DNA of 24,316 bases from Nitrosopumilales archaeon (GTDB taxonomy: Archaea; Thermoproteota; Nitrososphaeria; Nitrososphaerales; Nitrososphaeraceae): assembly GCA_044507735.1 (NCBI GenBank), contig JBIQJB010000028.1, forward strand, positions 1 through 24,316. Direction: 5' to 3'. Below are positions 8,768 to 17,790 of this stretch, piece after piece. The position numbers and the translations under genes were made by a program. Under the pieces are notes generated by a model. The model saw only the letters and a list, made by a program, of their open reading frames with translations, searched no databases and was not told the origin of the DNA. Positions within the stretch are counted from its first letter, which is position 1. Each line of letters begins with the position of its first letter.

Positions 8768-9587
8768 GCAGGCCTGTGTATGCTTCTCGCGATATTAATA
8801 CCAATATGAATGGGGATATCTACCAATACTACTTGCTGTGGCGATAAGAGTATCAAAATTCGACATGAATTGATTTTGCTATCTGTGTCTTAATGAGTTC
8901 TTGAATACTGCAATAGCGCTTCAGTGTTTTCCCACCTGCATAAACTAGCTAAATGAGCAAGCGACCAATTAGTAGCCGATAGATAGTACTAAGCCACAAT
9001 ATGTCGGAACAGATGAAGCGGATGGTCGTTATCGTACGACTGATCATCAAGTGCATAGGTCTTGGTCTTTCCATCTAGCCAACCATTCCTGTCAAACTCA
9101 GAAGGCATCTTTTGGATTTAACAACCATTCTTGACATGACATAGGAAGCTTTCAGTACATTTGCCTTGTCGCTCTTAGAATCTCCAGAGCAAGAATTTTC
9201 TTTTGACAATCTATCAGCAGCAGAGTCTTCACGACAGCTCTGCACTCTTCAGCTTGATACTTCATCCACCCTCACCTTGCTCTTCGATTAGATATCATTA
9301 TCCTCGTTTTTGATTTGGATTTAAACTGTTCAACTCTAGATAATGAGACAGATGCAGTCTTGTCCCAGCTCATCGATGCCATCGCAAATCCTCGTTAATG
9401 GTGGTAATCGCCATTGAACGGTCACATATACCCCTGATAGCCATATCATACCAATCGTCATAGCCAGCATTAGGCTTGCTCCCAGATTCCACTTTTTCTT
9501 CTAGCAGTTGTTGCGGCCATGGGTGGAGTGATCGCTTTTACAAAAAGGAAGGGCTTGAAATAATAGTCGATTCAATTGTAATTCGCG

Positions 9588-9870
9588 ATGCCAATCTATG
9601 TTTTTCTGGCAGAAACCGGGAGAGACAGGACAATGCTCACTGAAAATGCTGAAGGCGAAATGGCAGTACTTGGGGAGGGTACCGCGCCTACGGTGCAAGG
9701 AAGCTGGGAAGATCAGCTGGAAATGATACCGCTTCAAAAAGAGCCAGAGGAAGCGTTCAGCGAACAAAAATAGCGTGATGCTGCTTGTAGGATCAGGAAC
9801 AGCCATTGCAGGTATTGTTGCGTTCTTTTCTTTGAGAAGGCGGAGAAGAAGGCGGAGAGACAGTAAGTGA
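9588..9870 (+). pseudogene. Frameshifted remnant of a surface or membrane-anchored protein (C-terminal TM plus poly-Arg tail)
   Basis: Removing one A from the A5 run at 9766-9770 joins ORF 9588..9773 to NSVMLLVGSGTAIAGIVAFFSLRRRRRRRRDSK*. Confidence 0.5.
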
Positions 9871-10184
9871 TTGATTGGCAAAACTAGCCTATTCATAACC
9901 TGCGTTATTGTAACGGCATACCAGAATAACAGGATAACTTCAAGCACAACCCGCTGTCTCGTAACTGATTTTCGGACGGTACCTTGAGAGTAATATTATG
10001 TGAAACAACTATTTTGTACCATTGCAGCTTCATACAATTTCTACGAACCCCAAGCTTTCGAGCGTATCCTTAGGTAGAGAAAAACAATGGTGTCTCGCGA
10101 CATCTATGTAATTATTCTATTATGAGTCACTAACAATAGTACAAGTGAAGAAATTTGACATGTTGTAAACCAAATAGTGGGCGG

Positions 10185-10421
10185 CTAGGTCATCTTTTCA
10201 ACAATTCTTTTTGCAAACTTTGAGGATACTATTGATAGAGGAAATGCAATCACTAGTGCGACTATAAAGGATCGCATCCAGATTTCAAGAAAAGTAGATC
10301 CAAATCCAATGTTTACAAGAACCATAAAGAAAGATATGACGAACGCCATTATTGCGCTCATAATGCTTCCGAAAAGTAGAGGTGCTAGTTTTCTTGGCAG
10401 AGTATATGAAAAATGATTCAT
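10185..10421 (-). CDS. DUF2798-like small two-TM membrane protein
   Basis: LFGSIMSAIMAFVIS...FLEIWMRSFIVALVIAFP pattern; 63 nt downstream of the ligase on the same strand. Confidence 0.75.
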   Translation of the reverse strand: MNHFSYTLPRKLAPLLFGSIMSAIMAFVISFFMVLVNIGFGSTFLEIWMRSFIVALVIAFPLSIVSSKFAKRIVEKMT

Positions 10422-10484
10422 GAAATTCCAAACCCTTGTTGTACTAGTGTATCTTTACTAGTTGTTCGTACTTTGTATCACTCA

Positions 10485-11741
10485 TCATTGAAAGATTATC
10501 CTCTTTGATTTCATATCAGCTTTTTTGACTTCTACTTTCGGCAAACTATCGACTAGATTGAGTTTAATGCAATTTCTAATCTCTCTGATATTACACCATT
10601 GCCGGATGTTCTCGTAAAATGTCTGCATCATCGTTGACCAAGGCCTTGTAGTAGTTTCTATCGCTATTTCAATCTGCGAAATATTATTTCCATTGCTGCT
10701 TACGTATGCCACCCAATCACTATATTGACCCTCAAATGTATTCTCAAGAGCATAATGAAGTTGCATTTCATGAATGAGATTGTCGTCAAGAAATAGAGTA
10801 TTTGCAGCTCTGCCAAGAACTCTGACTCGCGGGGTGTCTAGACCACATTTGCATTTTTCCGTGTATATTTCTACGACATCACCAATCCTGTATCTTATCA
10901 ATGGCAAGACCTCCTTCGCCAAGTCTGTTACCAAGATCTCTCCACGTTCACCATTTTTGCAATCACGGATATTCTTTATCCTTGGTAGATGGTTGGGATT
11001 TGTACGCATTAGCCTCATCTCTTCCTCTGGAATGATTTCGAAAATGAGTTTGCTCGTCATAAGATGAAGAGTTCCTTCTCCTTTTGCACACTCAATAGCC
11101 AAAACATCCGCCTCGACGCTACCGTAAAGTCTCCTGATCTCGCAGCCCCATAATTGCCTAAGTTTTCTTTCTAACGGCGGCGGAAGAACATCCCCAAATA
11201 TAATGCCCATTCTTAATTTTGGAAAAATCTCTCGTGTGTTGCCATATATTTCCTGAACCATCCTTGCGGTGCTTTGAGCAATAATCGGTGTTGCAAAAAA
11301 TGCAGTCACTTTCTTCGAGTCTCCATTTTTTATTGGCTCATCGTAATCATAGTATGAAGTATTCACAACCTCTGCTCCAAGCTTCTTTGATCCATTTATA
11401 GTGGCCCAAGCAGAAATACTAGGCGGTGGCGCAGCCAACGTTAGGATCACATCTTGTGAACCTAATCCAGCTATAGAGAATGCCAAAGCTTCGTGTTCTA
11501 CCTGCTTTTGAAGATCCAGTTCTGAATGAGGAATTCTTTTGCTTCTCCCACTCGTCCCCGAAGTTTGAAAGAAGCACTGTGGACATACTTCAAGTTCAGT
11601 AGCACCTTCGAAAGAGTACTCGTTGGTAAATTCGGCAAGCTTCTTGGGTGTTAGAATTGGTGCATTGCTAAGGCTTTCTATTCTTCCATACAGGGGGTGT
11701 TGAATCGGGAATTTTTTACTGATCTCTATATCCGGATTCAT
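10485..11741 (-). CDS. PaaK-family (phenylacetate-CoA ligase/F390 synthetase-like) adenylate-forming enzyme
   Basis: TSGTSG P-loop, YGSVE, GEILVTDL...PLIRYRIGD, CKCG, VLGR motifs. ORF is open to 11828; start more likely ATG 11741. Confidence 0.85.
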   Translation of the reverse strand: MNPDIEISKKFPIQHPLYGRIESLSNAPILTPKKLAEFTNEYSFEGATELEVCPQCFFQTSGTSGRSKRIPHSELDLQKQVEHEALAFSIAGLGSQDVILTLAAPPPSISAWATINGSKKLGAEVVNTSYYDYDEPIKNGDSKKVTAFFATPIIAQSTARMVQEIYGNTREIFPKLRMGIIFGDVLPPPLERKLRQLWGCEIRRLYGSVEADVLAIECAKGEGTLHLMTSKLIFEIIPEEEMRLMRTNPNHLPRIKNIRDCKNGERGEILVTDLAKEVLPLIRYRIGDVVEIYTEKCKCGLDTPRVRVLGRAANTLFLDDNLIHEMQLHYALENTFEGQYSDWVAYVSSNGNNISQIEIAIETTTRPWSTMMQTFYENIRQWCNIREIRNCIKLNLVDSLPKVEVKKADMKSKRIIFQ

Positions 11742-12290
11742 TATGCATATAGTGGCTAATAATACATATTTAAGTAATAATATTACAGTATTTAGCTCTT
11801 CTACTATTGTCGAGCATATTTCTGCCATTAACAGCTTTTGTTATCCTTATTATGGACCTCATACCATGAATTGCAATTGTATGAGCACCATCACATACAG
11901 TGCCCAGCAAGAAGCACTTAATAAGCCGATGTTTTCGGGTAACGGGATTGGATGCAAATAAGGCCGCATTAGCTTTGCATTGCGTTTCATTCCATTCGCT
12001 AGCACGGTCAGAATCCATGACAATTCTGGCCTCATGCTGCACATACGCGCATCCCTTGTTTACCAAGATACGGCTGACCTCATGAAATGCCATTGATGGT
12101 CTATCAAAATGAAATAGACAAAAAGCCGTTCTATCAAAAATGCTCCATTATGTAACCATTTACCTTTTTGAAGTTCACGCACGGCCACTGAACTTTTCAG
12201 TCTAAAAAATTCAGTACTCGTGCGGGAAAACCAGTGAAAACGGTCCTTTACTTCAAAAAGGTAAACTCGTACTCCATTATAATTTCTATC

Positions 12291-12503
12291 ATGGAGATGA
12301 AAAAAAGGCTGGAGGCAAAGGTGCGCAAGATAGGTACAAGCTACGGGGTAATAATACCCAAAAAGGAACTTGACAGCCTCAAAGCAAAGGAAGGCGATAC
12401 GCTGATAATAGACATCCGGCCTGCAAAACCTATCAGGGACATGCTGGGGGCATTTCCCACCATGAAACGGTTCAACAGGGAGCACGGGACAGACAGGTTT
12501 TGA
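12291..12503 (+). CDS. AbrB/MazE-family antitoxin (VapB-type)
   Basis: KVRKIGTSYGVIIPK...LKAKEGD swapped-hairpin motif; overlaps the PIN gene start. Confidence 0.85.
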   Translation: MEMKKRLEAKVRKIGTSYGVIIPKKELDSLKAKEGDTLIIDIRPAKPIRDMLGAFPTMKRFNREHGTDRF

Positions 12504-12917
12504 ATCCTCACCATTTTCGCGGCGTAGTATTGGACACCTATGCATGGGTCGAATATTTTGCAGGCACATCCCAGGGCAAAAGAGTGGCTGAGATTCTTGA
12601 AGAAAGCAGAGAAAGGATTACGCCTGCTACGGTGATATCAGAGTTAACCGAAAAGAACCTGAAAGAAGGATTTGCAGAATCAGAGATAGATGAGATGGTG
12701 AGCTTTATCGCAAGCCAGACAAGGGTCTATTCCTGCGACCTAGAGGTTGCACGCAAGGCCGGGGGAGCTCAACTTTGCAATGAAAAAGAAGGTGAAGGGC
12801 GGGGGAATGCTGGACTCGTTAAACTACGCTGTAGCCGTTCTGCTCGGTTGTGCCTTTGTGACAGGTGATCCTCACTTCGCGAGTCTCGACAGGGATGATG
12901 TTATCTTTCTGCGCTAG
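12500..12917 (+). pseudogene. vapC: VapC PIN-domain toxin with a frameshift
   Basis: VVLDTYAWVEY and VISE motifs; removing one G from the G5 run at 12761-12765 restores AGELNF...MLDSLNYA...VTGDPHF...FLR*. Confidence 0.8.
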
Positions 12918-12918
12918 C

Positions 12919-13123
12919 ATCAAGAAGCGCAGCAACAGGATAGTGTTCTTTGACGACGAGTGCGCCAGGATACTGAAAAGGTGGATAGCCCAGAGGGAAG
13001 AGCTGAACGTCATGACCAAGGGTTTGTCTGGCGCAAGGACGCAATCGACATCTATGACCACATCGACAAGGAAGAGCTGAGAAAGGCGTACCTGGCCTAC
13101 ATCCCCCGCTGGGCATCGATTGA
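12919..13123 (+). pseudogene. Tyrosine integrase/recombinase remnant (internally deleted)
   Basis: KKRSNRIVFFDDECARILKRW fused out of frame to RKDAIDIYDHIDKEELRKAYLAYIP, which resembles the catalytic-Tyr C-terminus of archaeal integrases. Confidence 0.7.
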
Positions 13124-13181
13124 CCGCTAGCCGGGATGGTGGTTAACACGCGAAAGGTTGTATCTTTGTTTTAAGCTCCGG

Positions 13182-14126
13182 CTAGCCGGCCTTTGATTTT
13201 CTCCCATGCTCTTTGATGTACGTCTCGATCGTCTTTTTCGTGCTCATCCAAACTCTTCCCACTTTGATGGCGTCAAGCACCCCTTTTCTTGCCTGCAGGC
13301 TCAGATACTCTGCAGAATATGGTGTCCCTTTTGCAAGCTCTGGGAGCGTGCGCAGCTTTTCTTTCGTTCTGCCTCTTTCTATCACATTGAGGTACAGGTC
13401 AAGCGTCTGCTCGACGCACCTGGCTATGTAGATGAGAAATGGTTCAAAGTCTCCTCTGCCAGACACTGCATCGAGGGCGTCAAGATACTTTTTTCTGTCC
13501 ACCTTTTTTATGACCGCAAACGGGTACCTGTTTCTCAAGAGTATCAGGTTCATAAGTAGCCTTGCCATCCTGCCGTTGCCATCATCGAAGGGATGTATCC
13601 ACGCAAGGTAATAGTGCGCATGAGCAGCCAGCTCTACCGGCCTTAGCTCGGCAGTGTTTTCATTTATGAATTCTACAAGCTGTTTCATTTCTTCTTGAAT
13701 TTGATAAGGTGGCGGGGGCATGAACGACGCACCCACTATGCGCACGTCGTGGCGCCGGTATTCTCCTGCTGTGCTTATTATGCCTGACATGATTGCCCGA
13801 TGGATGTCCAGTATGTCCTGCTCTGCCAGCTTCTTGTTTCCAAGGGCAAGCTCTTTTACAAGCCCGATGGCAGGAGTGTGGTTCTGCGCCGCGAGGACGT
13901 CTGCTATGCTCTTTCCGTGCACAGTTATGCCACGGATTGCAAGCTCTGTCTCACCGCGCGAAAGCGTCACACCTTCTATGCTGTTGCTGTTGTAGACAAA
14001 CTCTACCTGCATCCGCTCTTCAAGGTCTCTGATGACGTCAGACGACAGTCTTGACTTTACAAGCCTGTCGCGCTTTTCCAGTATGCGCCTATGGAGGTCT
14101 CTCGGGAGCGTTGCAAGTGCGTGCAT
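13182..14126 (-). CDS. Fic-family protein with N-terminal inhibitory motif and C-terminal HTH
   Basis: Canonical HPFDDGNGRMAR; SNSIEG inhibitory (S/T)xxxE(G/N) motif; C-terminal LPELA...YSAEYLSLQARKG...KVGRVW excisionase-like HTH. Confidence 0.92.
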   Translation of the reverse strand: MHALATLPRDLHRRILEKRDRLVKSRLSSDVIRDLEERMQVEFVYNSNSIEGVTLSRGETELAIRGITVHGKSIADVLAAQNHTPAIGLVKELALGNKKLAEQDILDIHRAIMSGIISTAGEYRRHDVRIVGASFMPPPPYQIQEEMKQLVEFINENTAELRPVELAAHAHYYLAWIHPFDDGNGRMARLLMNLILLRNRYPFAVIKKVDRKKYLDALDAVSGRGDFEPFLIYIARCVEQTLDLYLNVIERGRTKEKLRTLPELAKGTPYSAEYLSLQARKGVLDAIKVGRVWMSTKKTIETYIKEHGRKSKAG

Positions 14127-14188
14127 CTGCAATATCGGTTAGCTATAAACGATATAAGTATATATCGGATGAACCCAACCAATACTGA

Positions 14189-14737
14189 TACATCTACCGC
14201 AAAGATAGAAACGGCTTGTACTTGAACACCCAGAAAAGCGCCGACGCCATCAGCCTCTGTTGTTCAAGAAAAGTAGCTCCTCCTTGTGAACTACCCACGA
14301 ATTTATTCGTGGGTAGTTCACAAAGTGAGAATGAAGAGTCTGCCGTATTGGCTGAAAAGGCGATTTCAGTTTGGATTAATTCAGTTTGGGGAGTTTTACT
14401 TGTACTGATCAATCGCGAAGAGACTAGGGGGAGATTCAGTGGCCTGAATATCGGTCATTGGAAGTTGCTACCCATTCTTGATATTCAAAAGATGAAAAAA
14501 TCCACTATCAAGAAGCTCGCTGCGGTATTTGACAAGTTTGCCGAAGCAGAGTTTGACAGATTGTATTTGCAGTTTAGCGACAAAGTTGAAGAAGTGAACA
14601 AAAATCGATTGCAACTTGATATGGAGGTGTTACGTGCACTTGATCCAAATATTGACCAAGAGGAGGCCAAATTAAACTTGCTTAAATTGTATGGCATGAT
14701 ACGTGCCTCATTTGAAGCATGGATGAAAGAGGACTAA
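14189..14737 (+). pseudogene. C-terminal fragment of a probable type IIG restriction-modification/N6-DNA methylase
   Basis: EKAISVWINSVWG.L.L..REETRG...LPILD and NRLQLD resemble the TRD end of such enzymes; no methyltransferase motifs and no convincing start. Confidence 0.5.
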
Positions 14738-14794
14738 CATCGTATCATTTAGGTCCCCGTTTGAATATGTGGAATCACTTTTGTCAATCAGCCA

Positions 14795-14806
14795 GCGCTT
14801 ATAAGC
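14795..14806 (+). promoter_or_regulatory. TATA box GCGCTTATAAGC of the pilin gene
   Basis: TTATAA ends 21 nt before ATG 14826. Confidence 0.7.
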
Positions 14807-14825
14807 AGACACGACCTTTTGTATC

Positions 14826-15323
14826 ATGACCCATGACTGGTATGAACAACAACACCACAAGCAGCACAACAGGCCGCGGGCAATCTCGCCTGCAATTGCA
14901 ACAATAGCACTCATAGGACTTGCGATTGTAGCCGTAGGTGCTGTAGGCGGCTATGTTATGAGTCAATCGTCAACATTGAAGCAGGACATCAGTATGAATA
15001 TACTAGAAACGCACCTTGTGCAACTAAGAAAAAATACTAATGACTGGAATATGGGAATATCATTCAAAAATACTGGAACTGTCACTATCACGAATATACG
15101 GATAGATATGCGCTTGAACGACGGCACCATTTGGACTGTATCAGGTACACCATTTGGCGGTAGTGCAGCGCCAGGTGAGACGAAGAGAATTGACGGTACT
15201 ATGACTACAGCCCAGATAACGGCTGGCCAAAGCTATGCTCTTACCATCGTAGTAGACGGCACCGTTGCAGGTGAGGTACACACAAGAACATACACTACAA
15301 CAGTAATCGCAGAAGGGTTGTGA
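14826..15323 (+). CDS. Archaeal type IV pilin (class III signal peptide)
   Basis: PRA|ISPAIATIALIGL; FKNTGTVTITNI motif common in archaeal pilins. Confidence 0.88.
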   Translation: MTHDWYEQQHHKQHNRPRAISPAIATIALIGLAIVAVGAVGGYVMSQSSTLKQDISMNILETHLVQLRKNTNDWNMGISFKNTGTVTITNIRIDMRLNDGTIWTVSGTPFGGSAAPGETKRIDGTMTTAQITAGQSYALTIVVDGTVAGEVHTRTYTTTVIAEGL

Positions 15324-16882
15324 ACTACCGCCGGCTAAAGCACGGCGGCTTCCTGTTTCTTCCACCGGTACTTGCCTCCACATACGGAATGCCTGACAGG
15401 CATTCCACAATGGAAGTAGAGGTCCCGGTGTCCACAGGCGTGACTTTCCTGCGTTCCACAGGTAGATGATAGTGGTGTTTTTGTCTTTGTCTTTCTGCTG
15501 CCATTGCCATGCCTTCCCTTTCTATATTGATGGCGGCGTTGTAGTCGCGGTCGATTACAAGCTGGCAATGGCTGCACCGGTACGTACGCTCGCCGATGGC
15601 AATTTCATTCAGCCTGCCACAGCCAGAGCAGGTTTCGGTGGACTTGAAGTCTGATGGAATTACTACAGGAGTACGTGCCTTTTTCAACAGAGCACCTGTT
15701 ATCCCTCCTATAGCAGTCTCCAGTACCTTCATACCTCCGCTCCAGTGGCGGCTCTTTCTTCCTCTTACTCTTACTCTTCTTTTCCTTGCAGGCAACTTTA
15801 GCTGCTGCCAACTACGTATGTCATCTCGTTGTATGCAGATTGTATCAAAGTTGTTAACAAGACATGACACTATCTTGTTCCTGACGTCTGCCTTTACGTT
15901 GTTTGTATGCTCGTATGCCCTGCGCAGCTTTATCCTGGTTTTCCACCAGTTTTTACCATGATGAACTCCGCGGCGTGTAAGCTCTCTGTGCAGCAACCTG
16001 ACTTTTCTTGTAGCCACAGGCACTGAATACCTGATCGTAATCCCGTTTGACAGAGTGAGCTGGTTATGTAGTCCAAAGTCAATGCCTATCGTGGATGTAG
16101 ACTGTGACGATGATGATGGCGATGATGATGATGCCTGCATGTCTTTTGGAACGTATACAGTCACATACAGGTAATATCCAGAAGGTTTCCTTACCAGCGC
16201 AGCGTTAGCAAATTCCACGCCTGAAGTTACCGGCGGTATCTGCTTGAGACCTCTGACAACAAGCCGCTTCTTTATCCCCTGTATTTTTATGCGGTTGCTT
16301 TCCCTGAAGATCGTGTACGTCTGTCCATGAGATCTCAACGGTATCGAGTCCATCCTGCTCTTGAACTTTAACCGGCCAACGCGGTAGCCTTTTTCCTTCA
16401 ACCTTGCAAGCGACACTATGTTGTTTTTCACCCGCTTGACGATATCCTGCCGCATTTGAGCTGAAAGCTGTGTTATCGTGCGCTGCTCAAAATGGTCCCT
16501 CACCTTCACCTGTACCGACACAGATGCCTGCTTGTAGTCATAGTTGTATGGGTCGGGCTGGGAAAGTACGTGGTTGTATAGCCACTTTGCTTCAAGGAAC
16601 ATCCTCGAAATCCTGCAGGCCAGCTCTCTGCCTATGTGAGAGCTGTCCAGTTTCAACTTGTAGACCCTGCATGACATTTGCCTGTGCCTTGCGACTGTGG
16701 CTCTCCTGGTGACAGCCCTCCGGTTTATGGCCGCTGTTACTTTTGTCTGTGCCTGTGTCGGTACTTGTGTCGGTGCCTGCTGCACATAACGAAAACTATG
16801 GCGAGTTTAAAAGTGAAATGACAAACTGTTGGCGATTCATCCCATGTGTCTAAAGAACGTGGGCTTTCTCGCCTACTTCTTG
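15320..16882 (-). mobile_element. Non-autonomous IS200/IS605-family element (tnpB only, IS1341-like) with IS608-type ends
   Basis: Minus strand left end: TTAC|CAAGAAGTAGGCGAG-AAAG-hairpin with CTTTAG loop. Right end: GAAG-CCGCCGTGCTTTAGCCGGCGG-TAGT-TCAC. No tnpA between the ends. Confidence 0.85.
15325..16785 (-). CDS. tnpB: TnpB RNA-guided endonuclease
   Basis: GIDFG (RuvC-I), CSGC...CSHC Zn finger, IDRDYNAAINI (RuvC-III); 3' end runs into the right-end hairpin. Confidence 0.93.
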   Translation of the reverse strand: MQQAPTQVPTQAQTKVTAAINRRAVTRRATVARHRQMSCRVYKLKLDSSHIGRELACRISRMFLEAKWLYNHVLSQPDPYNYDYKQASVSVQVKVRDHFEQRTITQLSAQMRQDIVKRVKNNIVSLARLKEKGYRVGRLKFKSRMDSIPLRSHGQTYTIFRESNRIKIQGIKKRLVVRGLKQIPPVTSGVEFANAALVRKPSGYYLYVTVYVPKDMQASSSSPSSSSQSTSTIGIDFGLHNQLTLSNGITIRYSVPVATRKVRLLHRELTRRGVHHGKNWWKTRIKLRRAYEHTNNVKADVRNKIVSCLVNNFDTICIQRDDIRSWQQLKLPARKRRVRVRGRKSRHWSGGMKVLETAIGGITGALLKKARTPVVIPSDFKSTETCSGCGRLNEIAIGERTYRCSHCQLVIDRDYNAAINIEREGMAMAAERQRQKHHYHLPVERRKVTPVDTGTSTSIVECLSGIPYVEASTGGRNRKPPCFSRR

Positions 16883-16950
16883 GTAATGGTGGCAGTAGTG
16901 TTCGCAGTTGTGCATGATAGTCTCATCTCGCCATCTCATTTCTTTTTTCC

Positions 16951-17790
16951 CTACATGCTCGGCCCTGTTGTATACGTACCCTTCCTGCTTATGTTGAACC
17001 TCGCGGCCCGTGGGTCGCCTGGCAGGGCGGTGATGTTTGCAAGCTCGATATCTGACAGCACGCAAAAGTGGCTGGCAAAAAACATTGGTTTCTTTTCCAC
17101 CTCCATCCTGTACGCAGAGTCCCTCTCCATGGTGGCTATGGCAAATCCGTCACCGTCAAAGGACAGGACCTTCATCAGCGACTTTGCGATGTCGATGCTT
17201 TCGGCACCGATAGCAACGCTGCAGTGAAAGTGCCTCAGCCTCTGCTTTTCCTTCGCCATGTCGGCGCGTAATTGCCGCTCGACCGATGTGCTCTTTTTAG
17301 ACTGGCCGTTACTACCACTGCCGCCGATGAACATCCCGAGCACTTCGCCGGCAAGCGACGGCTTGGAATAGAGCTGCTTTTCCACATACTGTGCTATGGA
17401 ATATGATTCGTTGTGGTACCTCGCCGTGACCGCTATGAAGCATGGCCTGTCCATCCTCTCCATTGTAGAATAAAGGAGCAGCGGGCGCGATTGCAGCTCG
17501 CGGTGGACGGGCAATGCGTAGTGCTTTTTCATTTTCAGGTACGAGACAGTAGGCGCGGAGAATGTCTTTGGAGATGTCCGTTCGGCGACGGCGTTCTTGA
17601 ATATCCCGGATACAACGCCTGCGTCTACGGGCAGCGGCGCGTGTAAGAAAAATCGGATCATGCCGTCCTGGCCTCGGACGATAAACATGGAAAGCTCTCT
17701 TGCCTTCATGACAAGCTCGTGCATATCGCTGTACTTTTCGTCTACAAGTTCAAAGAATGGCCTGACCTCGTACCAATTACTATTATTCAT
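16951..17790 (-). CDS. Hypothetical element protein, possibly resembling the N-terminal domain of VirD4/HerA-like coupling proteins
   Basis: About 280-aa ORF (open to 17817); KKHYALP and LSDIELANITALP patterns; no Walker motifs. Confidence 0.65.
   Translation of the reverse strand: MNNSNWYEVRPFFELVDEKYSDMHELVMKARELSMFIVRGQDGMIRFFLHAPLPVDAGVVSGIFKNAVAERTSPKTFSAPTVSYLKMKKHYALPVHRELQSRPLLLYSTMERMDRPCFIAVTARYHNESYSIAQYVEKQLYSKPSLAGEVLGMFIGGSGSNGQSKKSTSVERQLRADMAKEKQRLRHFHCSVAIGAESIDIAKSLMKVLSFDGDGFAIATMERDSAYRMEVEKKPMFFASHFCVLSDIELANITALPGDPRAARFNISRKGTYTTGPSM

Noticed and set aside
9000-9300. Possible degenerate IS6-like transposase on the minus strand (VDE..., ID..KKILALEI)
   Set aside because: It needs several frameshifts and stops and no terminal repeats are visible; it cannot be supported without BLASTx.
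11770-12093. Short overlapping ORFs upstream of the ligase
   Set aside because: No recognisable motifs, competing frames on both strands, and overlap with the probable ligase promoter.
16806-16812. TTTAA as the TAM/left end of the tnpB element
   Set aside because: No hairpin fits there. It sits 21 nt before the tnpB start like a TATA box, and a full IS608-type left end exists at 16882.
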